From the NCBI RefSeq assembly GCF_009914755.1, contig NC_060929.1: a stretch of 64,000 nt of DNA. One strand, given 5' to 3'. Positions within the stretch are counted from its first letter, which is position 1; each line of letters opens with the position of its first letter. The position numbers and the translations under genes are program-made. The stretch comes from the human T2T-CHM13v2.0 reference genome, Homo sapiens. The notes under the pieces are model-generated. The model made no database searches, was not told where the DNA came from, and was given only the letters and a program-made list of their open reading frames with translations. Shown piece after piece: positions 61,563-64,000 of this stretch.

Positions 61563-62976
61563 GTGCTTTGGTGCAATCACAGGAATTGGAGGAATCATAA
61601 CTTTTTTGTTGTTGTTGTTTTTTATTAACTAAATGACCCTGGCAAACCTCAATTATATCATGATTCTCTAAACACATGTTGGAAAAGCTAATGCTAAGAA
61701 AATTCATCACCTCTTTCCCTGCCAGGGCTCTATCATAACTCTTTCACTGTCCTTAATTCATTCTGTTTTAAAAATGTAATTTCATTGGTTGGGTGACAAA
61801 TGTTGCTCTTTGTGGTGGAACACATTCTGTTCATGTGGCCCTGGCTGCCTGAAGGGAATGGATTTTTCTCTGTGGAATTACCTTGGGAATCACTGAAGCA
61901 TCTGTGAAGCCTTTCTTGCCAAGTAATGCTTCCTTATTTTCTCCCCCTACAAGGGAAGGGGAGATTGGAGATGTGGCTGGGGAATCTCTCCCCATTGAGA
62001 ATTCTTGCATTTTAAATAAAAAGAATCCCACAAGTCATTCAATCTATTAACTCATGTGGAAATGGTTATATGGCCCACATCAGCCTTTCATTGAAGACAC
62101 CGTCTTGATTTTATGCTTAAAAGATATACAGATAGTAGCAGATTTGGACAGCAGAAATATATTTGTCATTGACTTTAAGGAAAGGGATTTTAAAAAGAAA
62201 AAGAAATGGTGTGTTTTACAGATTAGATTATTAGGATGAAACATTGCTCCTAGGCAAATGTGTTTTTTAAAAATGTAAATGAACTTCCACCATTATTCAC
62301 TCTGAATCCTCCCAGCCTCCATTATGTGAAATCAAATGGGCTTTTATACTGAGAAGCTGTTCAACTCACAGCAGGCTATTCCCTCCCAACATACTGACAG
62401 TTGTTCTGCTTCAGAATTCTCTCAGGCTTCCTGTCAAAGAGGAGGCCTGTTCTGTGCAGTGCAATCAGGGTCAGCTCAATAGGATGCTACATCCACACCT
62501 GTGAAAGAGCCACATAAGCATCTTGGGTAATGAGAGTATTGCAGGACCTCCATTTGAGTAAACCAGTGAGCAGAGGGTGAAAAGGTCTGCAAGGAGAATG
62601 CTTTAATGAAAAACAGATAGTTTAAAAGTGATTATTTCTGGGGCCATGGCTTCAGAGAAACTGGGAAGTGATGCAAATGAGAAGTGGTGGGTGGTCCTAA
62701 CAGAGTGATAGAAATGGAGAGAGAGAGAGGGCAGCATGGTGAAGAAGAAAGAACAGTGATTGCAAATCTGCAAGCTGAGTGCCAGCTTAGGTTCTGCTTT
62801 TGCCATCTGTGACGCCTTGTGCAAATCATTCTACTTTTTACTCGTTGGGCTTACACCCAAACACGGGTGTCTTGGATTACCTTACATTCATGTCTTCTTT
62901 TAGCTGTAATGCTCTCCTGATTAGCAAAGCCCATGCATTTCAATTTCAATCTGGCTGTTTTTGATAATGCCCAAAG

Positions 62977-63043
62977 GGTTGCAGTGAGCTGAGATTGTGC
63001 CACTGCACTCCAGACTGGGCAACAGAGGGAGACTCTGTCAAAG

Positions 63044-63103
<60 letters not shown>
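62977..63103 (+). mobile_element. Alu 3' tip (about 65 bp) with poly(A) and (TA)n
   Basis: ggttgcagtgagctgagatt...gactctgtc, then about 30 A and a TA run. Confidence 0.88.
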
Positions 63104-63106
<3 letters not shown>

Positions 63107-63325
63107 ATAGAGTCAGACTACCTGGAGTTTTAAAATCAACTCCATTTCTCACTAACTGTGCGATGCTAGGCAAGTTACTTGGCCCTTCTGAGGCTCAGCT
63201 TATTTATTTGTAGAATAAGGGTCACAGCAATGCCTACTTTACAAGGTTGATGTGAACGTTAAGTGAGGTATTAGTCTTAAGTGTTTTGTACATTCCCTAG
63301 CATGCGAGTATTCAAATATTAGCTG
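63107..63325 (+). mobile_element. MIR
   Basis: gagtcagactacctgg...ggcaagttacttggcccttctgaggctcag core. Confidence 0.75.
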
Positions 63326-63880
63326 ATGAAAATATTTAATAATGACAATAACTGCTCAGCTATAACTTCTGTAATTTTCTAGTTATAAGCTTAAGCTTTG
63401 GGAAAAATTGGAACTTCTGTGTAACTTGGTAAAGCCATCTGTGAGTAGGTGTGAAGTAAATATCCTCCGATGTAGCCTGCCAGACAATTGTCTAGAGCCA
63501 TTGCAATGGCCTTTGAAAGAGAACAAATGGAACGTGGCAGGCTTTTGGCCTTCCTTCTGAGGACTGACTCTTGGCTCTGATGTTCAGACTTCTGCGGACC
63601 AGCTGGCCAAATAAAGTACAGCTGACTTTCTCCCCACTCTGTTCCTCACAATAGCAAATGGAGGGGAGAATACAAGAAGGTATTATGGAAGAGGTATGAT
63701 AAACCCTGAGGCCCTATTGTCAATAAGAAAATTGCAACATCGATGAAGACATTCTGGAGGGAATAAGGGAAACTGAGAAGTAATGGCCAGTAGGAATAAG
63801 TATTCTTTGTAAAAAGTACTTCCCATTAGTTAAAAGAGACTTCAGATTAAATGTGGGTCTCCTCACAGAATCCTATATTC

Positions 63881-63921
63881 GGGGGGCTGTATAGCTCAGT
63901 GGTAGAGCATTTGACTACAGA
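63881..63921 (+). pseudogene. Retrocopy of the 5' half of tRNA-Cys (not a complete tRNA in this window)
   Basis: gggggctgtatagctcagtggtagagcatttgactacaga versus human tRNA-Cys-GCA GGGGGTATAGCTCAGTGGTAGAGCATTTGACTGCAGA; flanked by direct repeat acagaatcctata. Confidence 0.85.
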
Positions 63922-64000
63922 ATCCTATACTCAGGGGAAGGAGAACTGGGGGTTTCTCAGTGGGTCAAAGGACTTGTAGTGGTAAATCAAAAGCAACTCT

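Noticed and set aside
63881-64000. Functional tRNA gene with ACA anticodon
   Set aside because: No 3' anticodon stem, T-arm or acceptor end in the window; ACA comes from the flanking duplication.

Overview
Human genomic DNA (a human-specific AluYb8 is present), AT-rich, gene-poor and dominated by repeats. I found no credible protein-coding exon; the long ORFs in the track are LINE-1, Alu or LTR remnants or chance ORFs. Main contents: a near full-length dead L1PA on + (41585-47276) with a 5'UTR deletion and no 3' tail; a near full-length L1PB-type element on - (33969-40097) nested in an older L1M; a full THE1 (MaLR) provirus interrupted by an L1PA 3' fragment; a THE1 solo LTR; about 14 Alus; and many L2, MIR, MER and MLT relics and microsatellites. 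The most unusual items are a tailless retrocopy of a 5' tRNA-Cys half flanked by a duplication (63865-63937), three near-perfect DNA palindromes, a strong CTCF motif in unique sequence, and several nested or rearranged retroposon structures. I do not see a new multi-gene biological system. Subfamily calls were made by eye from remembered consensus sequences and need RepeatMasker/Dfam confirmation. Boundaries without a stated TSD are approximate.
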